From Nitrospirota bacterium (GTDB lineage: Bacteria; Nitrospirota; UBA9217): 64,000 nt of DNA. Where the stretch lies: positions 736,001 through 800,000 of the forward strand of contig CAWJQQ010000001.1 in the NCBI GenBank assembly GCA_963845065.1, in the 5' to 3' direction. Shown here piece after piece: positions 40,507 to 50,798 of this stretch (position 1 is the stretch's first letter; every line of letters starts with the position of its first letter). Under the pieces are notes generated by a model, which worked only from the letters and a program-made list of their open reading frames with translations, made no database searches and had not been told where the DNA came from. The position numbers and the translations under genes are program-made.

Positions 40507-40840
40507 GAAATGAAATCATAGTCAGAGTGCAGCCTCCGGCAATAAAGCTTACGAATATGAATCATGGCTCCGCACATGTAAGACACACAGGCAGAGATCG
40601 CTGTATAGCATTCGGATTGCTGAGGCCTTAACCCTGAGCGAATAGATCCATTATGGTTAAAAAATCGGGTCTCCATATTGTTGAATCGTTTCCAAAACTC
40701 TTATCAAAAAAACTGATTGAAATATCATATTAATTTATAGGATATATTTTTTTTTCATTGACATTCTTGACGGTTTTACATATTTTATGTGCAACATCTT
40801 GTACCCTTAAACGCACAGGCGCACGCGAGAAAGATTACCC

Positions 40841-42124
40841 ATGTCCGGAACACTTTCGAAGAAGCTTTTTGCAGAAGCAAAAAAACATATACCTGGCGGT
40901 GTGAATAGTCCGGTGCGGGCGTTCCGTTCCGTGGGTGGCGAACCGCTTTTCATCAAGAAAGCAAAGGGATCAAAGATCTATGATGCCGATGGAAAAGTGT
41001 ATATCGATTATGTTCTTTCCTGGGGTCCGATGATCCTGGGGCACACCCATCCCGTTGTGACCGCAGCGCTCAAAAAGGCGATCGTAAATGGTACCAGTTT
41101 CGGAGCTCCGACAGAGCTTGAGATTACGCTCGCCAAGATGGTGAAAAAAGCTTTTCCTTCCATCGAACTGGTGCGCATGGTAAGTTCCGGCACTGAAGCG
41201 ACTATGAGCGCCATCAGGGTCGCACGGGGATATACGCATCGGGACAAGATCGTCAAGTTCGAGGGTGGTTACCACGGACACGGCAACAGCCTGCTGGTGA
41301 AGGCAGGAAGCGGCGTGGCCACCTTTGGTCTGCCGGACAGCCCCGGTGTGCCGGCTGACCTGGCGAAGCTAACCATCACGATTCCGTTCAACGACGTTGC
41401 TGCATTCAAAGATATCGCGTCCCGTGAAGGTGATCAGATCGCGTGTATTATCGTAGAGCCGGTGGCGGGGAATATGGGCTGCGTTCCACCGGAGCCCGGA
41501 TTTCTCGAAGGTCTTAGGCAGGTCTGCGACCAGTACAGCATCGTCCTCATTTTCGATGAAGTTATGACCGGTTTCCGCGTGGCATACGGCGGGGCCCAGC
41601 AGTTGTATAAGATCAAGCCTGACCTTACCTGCCTCGGCAAGGTGATTGGCGGTGGGCTGCCGGTCGGAGCCTTCGGAGGCAGACGCGTTATTATGGAAAA
41701 TATCGCTCCAATCGGCCCCATCTATCAGGCTGGTACGCTCTCCGGGAACCCTCTGGCCATGACCGCTGGCATCGAGACATTGAAAATCCTCTCCAAACCC
41801 GGTGTCTACAATTCGCTCGAAAAAAGTTCTGCTGATCTTCAAAAGGGTTTGGGCGACGCAGCGAAAGAAGCGGGAGTGCCGATCATGTTCAACCGGGTTG
41901 GATCAATGTTCACCGGTTTCTTTACGGACCAGAAGGTGAAGGATTTTGCCAGTGCAAAAACATCTGATTCAACACGCTTCGGAAAGTACTTCCTGTCCAT
42001 GCTAAAGAACGGCATCAATCTCGCGCCATCGCAGTTCGAGGCCGCGTTTATGTCCTTGGCTCACACCAAGGCGGACATTTACAAGACCATCGAAGCGGCG
42101 AGAAAGAGTCTGAAAGGCTTTTAG
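40841..42124 (+). CDS. hemL: Glutamate-1-semialdehyde 2,1-aminomutase
   Basis: [35 protein letters not shown]. Confidence 0.97.
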   Translation: MSGTLSKKLFAEAKKHIPGGVNSPVRAFRSVGGEPLFIKKAKGSKIYDADGKVYIDYVLSWGPMILGHTHPVVTAALKKAIVNGTSFGAPTELEITLAKMVKKAFPSIELVRMVSSGTEATMSAIRVARGYTHRDKIVKFEGGYHGHGNSLLVKAGSGVATFGLPDSPGVPADLAKLTITIPFNDVAAFKDIASREGDQIACIIVEPVAGNMGCVPPEPGFLEGLRQVCDQYSIVLIFDEVMTGFRVAYGGAQQLYKIKPDLTCLGKVIGGGLPVGAFGGRRVIMENIAPIGPIYQAGTLSGNPLAMTAGIETLKILSKPGVYNSLEKSSADLQKGLGDAAKEAGVPIMFNRVGSMFTGFFTDQKVKDFASAKTSDSTRFGKYFLSMLKNGINLAPSQFEAAFMSLAHTKADIYKTIEAARKSLKGF

Positions 42125-42234
42125 GAAGTTTATACTGCAGTGATCACGGAGAAAAGCAGGATTTAAGAATTAATGTCCAAGAACGAGTTGCTGCCTAAGC
42201 TTCGGGAAAAGGCATTGGCATAGCATAATCATTT

Positions 42235-42486
42235 ATGGAAGAAAAAGATCGTGAGCTAATGCGCATGCTGGGCGTCTTGAGCACGGTGGGGCTGACCTTG
42301 GTGTTTGCAACGGCCATCGGTCTTTTTATCGGGCTCAAACTCGACAAATGGCTTGGTACATCGCCCTGGCTTACTGCAGTCTTTGTGCTGTTAGGTCTTA
42401 TAGCGGGATTTCGGAACCTATTCGTGTACGCCAAACGAAGTCAAAAAATACTCGAAGAAGACGAAGAAAAAAAGCATGACCGATGA
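42235..42486 (+). CDS. atpZ: AtpZ/AtpI-family small membrane protein
   Basis: GLFIGLKLDKWLGTSPW..LGLIAGF two-TM signature. Confidence 0.8.
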   Translation: MEEKDRELMRMLGVLSTVGLTLVFATAIGLFIGLKLDKWLGTSPWLTAVFVLLGLIAGFRNLFVYAKRSQKILEEDEEKKHDR

Positions 42487-42916
42487 AGTGCAGACTCGAC
42501 GCAGGGCAGTAACTAATATTTTGAAGGCTGTGACCCGGAAAACCGCCTTGCTTGTTCTTCCTGTAACTGTTGCCACACTGGCATATGCGCTTGTCCAACA
42601 GCGGGGAGAGCGCTGGTGGTTCGTACCTGCGAGCATTCTTTTCGGCGGCGCGCTTGGGCTCCTCAATTTTCGCTGGCTTGCAATAGCAGTCGAACGAGTG
42701 TACCTGCGGAAGGGTGCGACAGCCGTACTTTCAAGCCTGGCAGCGGCGGTCATAGGCGTTCTCAAGCTTGCGCTCATTTTTATCATTCTTTTTGTTGTCA
42801 TGAAATGGCATCTCGTCCATATTTTTGGTCTTGTCGGAGGACTTACTCTCTGCTTTCTGGCCATTTTGTGGGAAGGAGCGACATTAATGAAGCAGACACT
42901 GAAACCCGACACCTAG
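42476..42916 (+). CDS. atpI: ATP synthase protein I-like membrane protein
   Basis: Four TM segments, GGALGLLNFRWL; overlaps atpZ. Confidence 0.7.
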   Translation: MTDEVQTRRRAVTNILKAVTRKTALLVLPVTVATLAYALVQQRGERWWFVPASILFGGALGLLNFRWLAIAVERVYLRKGATAVLSSLAAAVIGVLKLALIFIILFVVMKWHLVHIFGLVGGLTLCFLAILWEGATLMKQTLKPDT

Positions 42917-42972
42917 TGGGGCAATAACCGCCGCTATCGGCAGGAAAGGAATATAAGAGAGGAGTCAATGTC

Positions 42973-43443
42973 ATGAAGAATCATGTTTTTAGACCGCTAT
43001 TCGTGGTCATTGGTATGGTCATCCTGATATTACTGGCCAGAATGGTTTTCGTCCCCAAGGATTTCGGCATACAAGAGCGTGGGTTCATGTATGGCTGGCA
43101 CCGCAAGGGGAATGAAGAAGACTGGAAGAATTTCAAGGTAAAGTATCAAGGGAAAGAATACTGCAAGGATTGTCATTCCGACAAGTACGACAGCATCAAT
43201 AAAACTCCGCACAGAATCATTCAGTGCGAGAACTGCCATGGCCCGGCAATCGATCATCCATCGGATCCGCCGAAGCTGACTATCGACAGGAGCAGGGCGC
43301 TCTGTCTCCGGTGCCATTTCCCGCTCCCATACCCCACGAGCGGACGGGCGAATATCAGGAGCATTGATCCGGAAAAGCACAATCCTGGTATAGAGTGTTC
43401 GACTTGTCATAATCCGCACAATCCGATGGAGGGTCTGAGATGA
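42973..43443 (+). CDS. Membrane-anchored tetraheme cytochrome c (module 1)
   Basis: N-terminal TM; CKDCH, CENCH, CLRCH, CSTCH. Confidence 0.9.
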   Translation: MKNHVFRPLFVVIGMVILILLARMVFVPKDFGIQERGFMYGWHRKGNEEDWKNFKVKYQGKEYCKDCHSDKYDSINKTPHRIIQCENCHGPAIDHPSDPPKLTIDRSRALCLRCHFPLPYPTSGRANIRSIDPEKHNPGIECSTCHNPHNPMEGLR

Positions 43444-44228
43444 TAACGCGTAGGGATTTTTTCAAAAAAACAGCGATGGGCATCGCCGGGGTGGCACTAC
43501 CCTTGGCCGCCTTGGAAATTATAGATCCTAAAAAACTGTTCGCCGAGATCGCGGCTGAAACGACGTCCGTTCGTTGGGCATTTTTAGTCGACACCTACAA
43601 ATGTGTTGGATGCGGTCTGTGTGTCAAGGCCTGCAAGTTGGAAAACGAAGTGCCTTATGACGCAAACGCGACGAGGACGTGGATCGAACGATACGTCCTG
43701 ACGAAAAAGGGGAGATTATACGCCGACACACCCAAAGGCGGCCGCGATGGTTTTACAACCACGAAGATCGATGAGAATGAAGACGGCCTTAAGGACATTA
43801 GCAGCGAGGGTATAGAGAAAGCATTCTTCGTGCCGAAACTGTGCAACCAATGCGAAAATCCACCTTGCGTGCAGGTATGCCCCGTGGGTGCCACATATCA
43901 GACGGCGGATGGAGTTGTGCTCGTTGACCGGACCTGGTGCATCGGTTGTGGCTATTGCATTATGGCCTGTCCCTATGGCGTACGTTTTTTCCACCCGGTC
44001 TATCATACCGCGGAGAAATGCACATTCTGCTACCACCGGATCACTAAAGGTTTGAAAACAGCTTGCGTGCAGGCATGTCCATTCGGCGCGCGCCAGATCG
44101 GGAACATTAAAGACCCTAACGACCCAGTGACAAAGGTTATCAGAACACAGCGGGTAGGCGTGTTAAAAAGCGAGTACGGAACGAAACCGCAGGTCTATTA
44201 CATCGGCCTGGATGAGGAGGTCAGATAA
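43440..44228 (+). CDS. Tat-exported 4x[4Fe-4S] NrfC/PsrB-type protein (module 1)
   Basis: TRRDFFK; CVGCGLC, CNQCENPPC, CIGCGYC, CTFC. Confidence 0.92.
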   Translation: MITRRDFFKKTAMGIAGVALPLAALEIIDPKKLFAEIAAETTSVRWAFLVDTYKCVGCGLCVKACKLENEVPYDANATRTWIERYVLTKKGRLYADTPKGGRDGFTTTKIDENEDGLKDISSEGIEKAFFVPKLCNQCENPPCVQVCPVGATYQTADGVVLVDRTWCIGCGYCIMACPYGVRFFHPVYHTAEKCTFCYHRITKGLKTACVQACPFGARQIGNIKDPNDPVTKVIRTQRVGVLKSEYGTKPQVYYIGLDEEVR

Positions 44229-44229
44229 C

Positions 44230-45483
44230 ATGGTACATGGAGAACTTTGGACCGTAAAAGAACTGTTTGTTTTGCCGAACGAATATATTTACTGGAGTGT
44301 CCAGATCGTGATGTATCCTTTTATGACAGGGCTCGTTGCGGGAGCCTTCGTGCTGTCATCCCTTTACCATGTGTTCGGTGTTCAAAAGCTTAAGGACATG
44401 GCACGTTTTGCACTCGTCTTTTCCTTCTCACTACTGTTTGCTGCGCCAATACCAATCATACTTCATCTGCAGTTTCCCTTCCGCAGCTTGGAGCTATTCA
44501 TGACGCCGCACTTCACCTCGGCCATTGCCGCCTTCGGTATTGTGTTCTCAGCCTACGGTGCCATCGTAGCGTCGGAGCTGTGGTTCCTGTATCGCAAGCA
44601 CTTCGTAGAAGTGTCACTCAGGCTCCGAGAAAAGCAGGACAAGACATTGACAGAATGGTTTAGTTATTTGGTTTTCTGCTCACTTACGTTGGGTGTATAC
44701 GACGTCAGTGAAGAGGCGCTGCACCGTGACGAGAAAGCGATCAAAGTCCTCGCCAGTGCCGGCATTCCCGTAGCCTGCTTCCTCCATGGATATGCGGGCT
44801 TCATCTTCGGATCAGTGAAAGCCAATGCGCTCTGGATGACGCCGCTCATGCCGGTCATCTTTATCGTTTCCGCCATCGTGTCGGGCATTGCGCTCTGCAT
44901 GCTCACCTATATCGTGACCATGGAGCTCCGGAAATACTTGGCTGCGCGCAAGAAAGCATCCTCTCCAGATTACCGGACATCGGCCGAGCTCAAGAGCGTT
45001 GAGATCAGCGTCATTAAGATGACAGCAAAATACCTGCTGGCTTTCATGGTGTTGGCAATCAGCCTTGAATTTTTGGACATCATTTTCCGGGGCTATACGG
45101 CCGTGAAGTCCTGGGACATTTTGCGAAGCATCATCTACGAACGCGATTTCTTCGATATCTTTATTAAGCAGTACGCGATCGGCAACCTTTTACCACTTAT
45201 TATATTCCTCGCGCCAGGGCTGACTATACGAAGAACAGTGGTTGGCACCATCCTTGTGCTCTTCGGCGTCTTTATGATGCGGTGGAACGTTGTGATCGGC
45301 GGTCAGGCATTTTCGCTGACTTTCGCAGGGTTCATGCATTATCACCTTCCTATTGTCCCGCATAGTTGGGAGACGTTCAAAGAAGGTGCTACCGGTGCCA
45401 TCAGCATTTTCATCTTGCCTTTTGTCCTGTTCTGGGTCATAAGTCATATTTTCCCCATATTCGAGTACAAGGAAGCCCATTAA
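44230..45483 (+). CDS. NrfD/PsrC-family integral membrane subunit (module 1)
   Basis: YWSVQIVMYPFMTGLVAG, LHGYAGFIF, MRWNVVIGGQ; multiple TM. Confidence 0.9.
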   Translation: MVHGELWTVKELFVLPNEYIYWSVQIVMYPFMTGLVAGAFVLSSLYHVFGVQKLKDMARFALVFSFSLLFAAPIPIILHLQFPFRSLELFMTPHFTSAIAAFGIVFSAYGAIVASELWFLYRKHFVEVSLRLREKQDKTLTEWFSYLVFCSLTLGVYDVSEEALHRDEKAIKVLASAGIPVACFLHGYAGFIFGSVKANALWMTPLMPVIFIVSAIVSGIALCMLTYIVTMELRKYLAARKKASSPDYRTSAELKSVEISVIKMTAKYLLAFMVLAISLEFLDIIFRGYTAVKSWDILRSIIYERDFFDIFIKQYAIGNLLPLIIFLAPGLTIRRTVVGTILVLFGVFMMRWNVVIGGQAFSLTFAGFMHYHLPIVPHSWETFKEGATGAISIFILPFVLFWVISHIFPIFEYKEAH

Positions 45484-45503
45484 GGCAATTCAACAGAGAG
45501 CAT

Positions 45504-45531
45504 TCTCCCGGGAGATCATCTCCCGGGAGAT
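45504..45531. repeat. Tandem pair of self-palindromic 12-mers
   Basis: TCTCCCGGGAGA at 45504-45515 and 45519-45530. Confidence 0.85.
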
Positions 45532-45553
45532 AATCTCAAATTAAAATTAGAAC

Positions 45554-45582
45554 TTGCTTTCTCTACTGTGGGTCTCTACAAT
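45554..45582 (+). promoter_or_regulatory. Putative sigma70 promoter for module 2
   Basis: TTGCTT-17 nt-TACAAT. Confidence 0.5.
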
Positions 45583-45636
45583 AATGCAACATTTAACCAC
45601 AGAATTTCGACCTCAAACCGGAAACGGGGAAATGAT

Positions 45637-46155
45637 ATGGAAGAAAAGAAAGTAAGCCGGCTACTTTGTTTTACTGCATTTATTTTTCTCGCCCTCTTTA
45701 CCGCGCGTCTTCATGCTCAAGAACAGGATATCCCGAAAAAATTCTTTGTTCCGCCTCCCCCATTTACTCCCGGTATTTTCCCCTGCTCGCAGTGCCATCA
45801 GGGGATGCCCGTTAACAAACACCCGCGAAAGCTGGAAATGCATCAGGAAATTGCGGAATCGTTAAAGCATATACCCGGCGGCTGGTGTTTCGACTGCCAC
45901 AACCCAGACAACCGGGATAAATTGCGGCTCGCGAACGGGAAACTGGTGAGCTTTGAAGAGTCCTACATTCTTTGCGGCCAGTGCCACGGGATAATTCTGC
46001 GCGAGTGGAAGGCTGGTCTGCACGGAAAGAGGACCGGTATGTGGAACGGCGAGAAGATGTACCGGCTCTGCGTACAATGCCACTGGCCGCACGCTCCGCG
46101 GTTTAAGCCGATCAAACCGCTTCCGCCGCCAGAGAGACCGATAGACATTAAGTAA
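45637..46155 (+). CDS. Secreted tetraheme cytochrome c (module 2)
   Basis: Signal peptide ending LHA; CSQCH, CFDCH, CGQCH, CVQCH. Confidence 0.9.
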   Translation: MEEKKVSRLLCFTAFIFLALFTARLHAQEQDIPKKFFVPPPPFTPGIFPCSQCHQGMPVNKHPRKLEMHQEIAESLKHIPGGWCFDCHNPDNRDKLRLANGKLVSFEESYILCGQCHGIILREWKAGLHGKRTGMWNGEKMYRLCVQCHWPHAPRFKPIKPLPPPERPIDIK

Positions 46156-46167
46156 TTTATAACAAGG

Positions 46168-47106
46168 ATGAGGAGACCGATGCGAAAAATCGTAAAGAAA
46201 AGAGACGGAATCCATCTCGACCGGAGGAGCTTTCTCAAAGGTGCGGCTCTCGGACTTGCGGGAACGGCACTGCCTTTTAAGAATGCCGATGCTTCATTCT
46301 GGGAGTCTTTTTTTCAGAAACATTTTAAAGAAATGAACAATGCCGAGATCAAGCAAGTTCTCAGCCGTCTCGAACAGGAATACGAAGAAAAGTATAAAAA
46401 AGCGATCACCGTTGGCAATGAAAAGGCGATTCCGGGAGTCCAGTTCGGATATGGTCTCGACCTTTCCCGCTGCATTGGCTGCAGGAGATGTGAATATGCC
46501 TGCGTAGACGAGAACAACCAGTCCAAAGACCCGCAGATCCACTGGATTTCAGTACTGCGATTCAAGAAGGGCGGAAAATGGGTCGACCTAGAAAACTCAG
46601 AGAAATACTACAACCCGGAGCTCGTGCCGGAGGAGGACTACTTCTACATGCCAGTCCAGTGCCAGCAGTGCGAGAACCCTCCCTGTGTGCGCGTCTGTCC
46701 CACGCAGGCCACCTGGAAGGAGCCTGATGGGATCGTGGTCGTGGATTACAACTGGTGCATCGGTTGCCGTTATTGTATGGCAGCATGTCCTTACGGAGCG
46801 CGCCATTTTAACTGGGCAGAGCCAGGCCGGAAGTCCGAGGATATTAACCCGAAGACGCACTATCTCGGTAATCGTCCGCGGTATAAGGGAGTTGTGGAAA
46901 AGTGCACGTTTTGTATCCAGCGGACGCGAAACGGCCGCTACCCCGCTTGTGTTGAGGCGTGTCCCGTGGGCGCGCGGAAGTTCGGCAACCTGCTTGACCC
47001 GAATAGCGAGGTTCGTTATGCCATAGAACACAAGCGAGTGTTCCGGCTAAAAGAAGACCTGAATACCTATCCTAAGTTCTACTATTTCTTCGCGTACGGC
47101 GTATAG
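46168..47106 (+). CDS. Tat-exported 4x[4Fe-4S] NrfC/DsrO-type protein (module 2)
   Basis: DRRSFLK; CIGCRRC, CQQCENPPC, CIGCRYC, CTFC. Confidence 0.92.
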   Translation: MRRPMRKIVKKRDGIHLDRRSFLKGAALGLAGTALPFKNADASFWESFFQKHFKEMNNAEIKQVLSRLEQEYEEKYKKAITVGNEKAIPGVQFGYGLDLSRCIGCRRCEYACVDENNQSKDPQIHWISVLRFKKGGKWVDLENSEKYYNPELVPEEDYFYMPVQCQQCENPPCVRVCPTQATWKEPDGIVVVDYNWCIGCRYCMAACPYGARHFNWAEPGRKSEDINPKTHYLGNRPRYKGVVEKCTFCIQRTRNGRYPACVEACPVGARKFGNLLDPNSEVRYAIEHKRVFRLKEDLNTYPKFYYFFAYGV

Positions 47107-47117
47107 GAGGCTCACTC

Positions 47118-48332
47118 ATGGGCAACTTATTTAAAAATTTTTTTATCGCCTTGCGTCAGGTTTTCATCGGGAACCGTGCTTATTATCTCTGGGTGGCGTT
47201 CCTAGCCCTTTTTATTTGCCTCGGGTTCAGCGCTTATATCCAGCAGCTGAATCGCGGTCTTATCACAACGGCGATGAGGGACCAGGTCTCATGGGGATTG
47301 TTCATTTCTAACTTCGTATTTCTTGTCGGTGTAGCAGCTGCCGCGGTTCTGCTTGTCGTGCCAGCGTACCTTTATCATTTTAAGCCGATCAAGGAAATTG
47401 TGCTCTTTGGCGAACTGCTTGCGGTAACTGCGATTATGATGTGTCTCATGTTCATCCTCGTCGACATGGGAAATCCCACGCGTGTTTGGCATATACTGCC
47501 GTTCATCGGTGCCATGCACTTCCCTGCGTCGTTATTGGCCTGGGACGTGGTCGTGCTGAACGGCTATCTTGCGATCAATGGCATTATCGTCTTTTATGTC
47601 CTCTATCGGCTTTCGATTGGGAAAGAATACAATATGTCCGTGATCGGCCCCCTGATCATTCTTTCGATTCCCTGGGCTGTCAGCATTCACACTGTAACTG
47701 CGTTCCTCTTTAACGGATTGTCCTCTCGTCCGTTCTGGAACGCCTCGATCCTGGCACCGAGGTTTCTCGCTTCAGCGTTTTGTTCGGGCCCTGCAATCAT
47801 GTTGGTTTTATTCCAGATCATCAGAAAGCTGTCGGATGTGGAGATCGATAACAAGGCAATCTTCAAAATCGCCGAATTGATCGCTTATGCCATGGCAATA
47901 AACCTCTTCCTCTTGGGCGCAGAGGCGTTCAAGGAATTTTATTCAGGCGGCGTTGACAGCGATTCCATCCGGTATCTGTACTTTGGTCTTCACGGCAAAA
48001 ACGGTTTCGTTCCCTGGATCTGGGCAGCAACGATTATGAATACTACAGCATTCTTCCTTTTTCTTTTCCCAAAGACGAGAGAGAATTTTATGACGCTTAA
48101 CCTGGGCTGTATACTCATTATTATGGGCGTGTATATCGAGAAGGGGATGGGGCTCATAGTGCCCGGTTTTATCCCCGATACTTTGGGTGAAATTTATGAA
48201 TACTCTCCGACGAGGGCGGAAATCCTCATCACGATGGGAATATGGGCATGCGGAGCGCTCCTGTATACCCTTTTACTGAAATTTGCCGTCCCGATTTATA
48301 CGGGAAGGCTAAGGTTCGAAACAAAAGAATAA
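47118..48332 (+). CDS. NrfD/DsrP-family integral membrane subunit (module 2)
   Basis: VSWGLFISNFVFLVGVAA, SIHTVTAF, PRFLASAF, EKGMG. Confidence 0.9.
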   Translation: MGNLFKNFFIALRQVFIGNRAYYLWVAFLALFICLGFSAYIQQLNRGLITTAMRDQVSWGLFISNFVFLVGVAAAAVLLVVPAYLYHFKPIKEIVLFGELLAVTAIMMCLMFILVDMGNPTRVWHILPFIGAMHFPASLLAWDVVVLNGYLAINGIIVFYVLYRLSIGKEYNMSVIGPLIILSIPWAVSIHTVTAFLFNGLSSRPFWNASILAPRFLASAFCSGPAIMLVLFQIIRKLSDVEIDNKAIFKIAELIAYAMAINLFLLGAEAFKEFYSGGVDSDSIRYLYFGLHGKNGFVPWIWAATIMNTTAFFLFLFPKTRENFMTLNLGCILIIMGVYIEKGMGLIVPGFIPDTLGEIYEYSPTRAEILITMGIWACGALLYTLLLKFAVPIYTGRLRFETKE

Positions 48333-48462
48333 AATTAATGAAATGGTGGTCGATCCTCGCAAGGCAACGGAGTACGGTCATTCGGTCATTGCCATGAGTC
48401 CATATCCGGTCTGGCGGTTTGCGAATCGTTGATCAGGTGTCCGATAATACTTATCCTCATCC

Positions 48463-48500
48463 TCAGGGGCAGTCAAGCTAGACTGCCCCTGATTTTGTTT
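48463..48500 (+). terminator. Intrinsic terminator after module 2
   Basis: TCAGGGGCAGTC-6 nt-GACTGCCCCTGA plus T-rich tail. Confidence 0.8.
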
Positions 48501-48806
48501 CACCCTATCCATACTCCGATGTCTTATAGATGTATTGTCATCAGCATATCAGATGAGGCAATTTCATAAATTCCACATGCGCGATTTGAGCCTGCTCCGG
48601 CATGCTTAAAACCGGAGGTATATATTGCAAAAAGTTTTAAGGACAAGCCGGAGCGATGAATACTTGTTGCCAAGATCTGCTTGACGGTGTATCTAACCAT
48701 TCTTGAGAGCTATGTATTGCGTTTGTTTCCAACGGATTGGCGGAATCTGATGATCTAGAGTATTGTAGCATGCAGATAGTTGGAGAACAGCTGAGAGGAA
48801 TTTAGA

Positions 48807-48837
48807 AAGCTGCCGGCGTTGATAACACCGGCAGCTT
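48807..48837 (-). terminator. Terminator of Rieske/cytochrome b operon
   Basis: AAGCTGCCGG..CCGGCAGCTT hairpin just beyond the stop at 48852. Confidence 0.7.
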
Positions 48838-48851
48838 ATTTGAAGATCCTG

Positions 48852-49700
48852 TTACTCGTTGGGCTGGTTCAGGAGGAAAACGACGATGCCCATTCCGGCA
48901 AACGCTAGCATCAGGAAGGCAGAGAAGTTCTTTCTGAATTTTAATTCCCGATAAGTTGTCTTGATATTGTTGTCGATCTTATCCAGACGCGAAGTAAATT
49001 CGTCGGTTCGGTCCTTGACGAGGTTGACATCCACTGTGTGGAAGAGCGCACGGTATTCTGCCTGTGTACTGAACAAGTTTCTTTCATCAGTAACAGGATA
49101 GATGCCTTCACGTTTTAATTCTTCGAGATTTTTCCCGAGCTCTTCGATTTTGTTTTCGGTTAGGAAAAGTGCTTGTTTCATGACTTTAGCGCGCTCATAG
49201 GTATGACACTTGGTGCACAATTGCTCGCTGATGATACTGATGCTCGCCTTCTGGATATTGTGGGACCCATGGCAGGTCACGCAGTTGGGGGCCTTATGGC
49301 CGGACATGAGCGCTTTGCCATGGCCGCTTTCCAGGTAATTGGTGACAATAGCGATATGGCATTTTCCGCAGAATTCAGGGACGCTTTTTGGTTGCGGGAT
49401 GCCTATGAAACCCCGTTCGCGCGACATAGCCAACGCAGCATCCTTGGGGTCACCGCCGTGGCAGTTCTCGCAGGAGATGTTGTTCTGGGCATGCCAGCTG
49501 GCCCGCCACTCTTCGGTGATATCCCTGTATTCGGGTTTCATCTTGTCCGATGAATGGCAAGAGATACAGACGTTCTCCTCGATCTGGACACCGGCCCAGG
49601 TCTTTGTCATAAACTCATTTTCGAATTCCTGCTTATACCCCGCTGTTCCCACGGAGGGAAGCATGAAGAGCATCATCACGGAAATGATAAGATATCTCAT
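48852..49700 (-). CDS. Pentaheme cytochrome c with coiled coil and C-terminal TM anchor
   Basis: CISCH, CENCH, CGKCH, CVTCH, CTKCH; signal peptide; TAATG coupling to cytochrome b. Confidence 0.9.
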   Translation of the reverse strand: MRYLIISVMMLFMLPSVGTAGYKQEFENEFMTKTWAGVQIEENVCISCHSSDKMKPEYRDITEEWRASWHAQNNISCENCHGGDPKDAALAMSRERGFIGIPQPKSVPEFCGKCHIAIVTNYLESGHGKALMSGHKAPNCVTCHGSHNIQKASISIISEQLCTKCHTYERAKVMKQALFLTENKIEELGKNLEELKREGIYPVTDERNLFSTQAEYRALFHTVDVNLVKDRTDEFTSRLDKIDNNIKTTYRELKFRKNFSAFLMLAFAGMGIVVFLLNQPNE

Positions 49701-50794
49701 TATGACCTCCCCCAGTATAACAGCACAACCCATGAAATAAGCAGGAATAAGAACACGCCCCGCAATATGGGCCGCTTCATGACGTTTTTCTCCTTTTCTG
49801 TGTCAAGGAATGGCCAGATGAGAAGTACGACGAGCAGGATTAGCTGCAGCGTGATGCCAAAAAATTTATTTGGAATGAGCTTCATCAGCTGATATGGTGC
49901 CAGTAAATACCAAGCGGGCTTGATTTCCATCGGCGTCCTTAACGGGTCTGCCGGTGAATTTATCGCATTGGGGAAATAAAGGGTCGGCAAGAAGGTAATA
50001 ATGAAGAACATGATAGCGAAGTACGCCATCATCATGTACATCTGCTTCTGGAAAAAGCTTGGATAGTACGGATAACCATCAGGATAAATTTTTCGTTTGT
50101 ACTCCGTCAGGGGTCGTTGTTCTTCGTCGATTTTCCCAAAGGGGGTCGCTGAAATGCCCGTTCGGTTTATTAGGAACAGGTGGATGCCGACCAGAATAAG
50201 GAAAATAGAGGGAAGGATTGCGATATGGAGAGCGAAAAACCTGCTGAGCGTCATCCCTGTCACATGGTCTCCACCCCTCAGGATTTGCGCAATTGGTTCT
50301 CCGATTAAAGGGAAAGTCGTCGGCATCGACGTTACAACGGTTGTCGCCCAGTAACTCAACTGGTTCCAGGGAAGGAGATAACCGCTGAATCCGAATATGA
50401 TCGTTATAAAGAGCAGCAGAACACCGCCGAGCCACGTGAGTTCTCTTGGACGTTTATAATTGCCCATCAGAAATACGGTGACCATGTGCAGCATAACTAC
50501 CAGAATCATGAGGTTGCTGCCCACGGTATGCATTTCACGAAACAACCAGCCATAGGGCACTTTCGTCATGATTGTTTCCTGGACGCTGCTGAACGCGTAG
50601 TCAGGATGGGGGACGTAATAGACCAGCAAGATTATGCCCGTGAATGCCTCGACGATAAAGGCGATGACGGCCAAAAAGCCCAGTGTATAAAAAATATTTG
50701 TGTTCTTAGGGATTCGATAGTCGATCACCTGGTTCTGAATGATTGCATCCAGACCGATTCGCACATCAAGCCAATGTCTAATATTTTTCCACAT
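49700..50794 (-). CDS. Cytochrome b of a Rieske/cyt b complex (b6 plus subunit IV fused)
   Basis: His pairs REMH..MLHM and FALH..GIHL; GYLLPW; IKPAWY. Confidence 0.92.
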   Translation of the reverse strand: MWKNIRHWLDVRIGLDAIIQNQVIDYRIPKNTNIFYTLGFLAVIAFIVEAFTGIILLVYYVPHPDYAFSSVQETIMTKVPYGWLFREMHTVGSNLMILVVMLHMVTVFLMGNYKRPRELTWLGGVLLLFITIIFGFSGYLLPWNQLSYWATTVVTSMPTTFPLIGEPIAQILRGGDHVTGMTLSRFFALHIAILPSIFLILVGIHLFLINRTGISATPFGKIDEEQRPLTEYKRKIYPDGYPYYPSFFQKQMYMMMAYFAIMFFIITFLPTLYFPNAINSPADPLRTPMEIKPAWYLLAPYQLMKLIPNKFFGITLQLILLVVLLIWPFLDTEKEKNVMKRPILRGVFLFLLISWVVLLYWGRS

Positions 50795-50798
50795 AGTA

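Noticed and set aside
45637..48332. dsrJOP of a sulfate-reduction DsrMKJOP complex
   Set aside because: No dsrM/dsrK, and the cytochrome is a tetraheme rather than the triheme DsrJ
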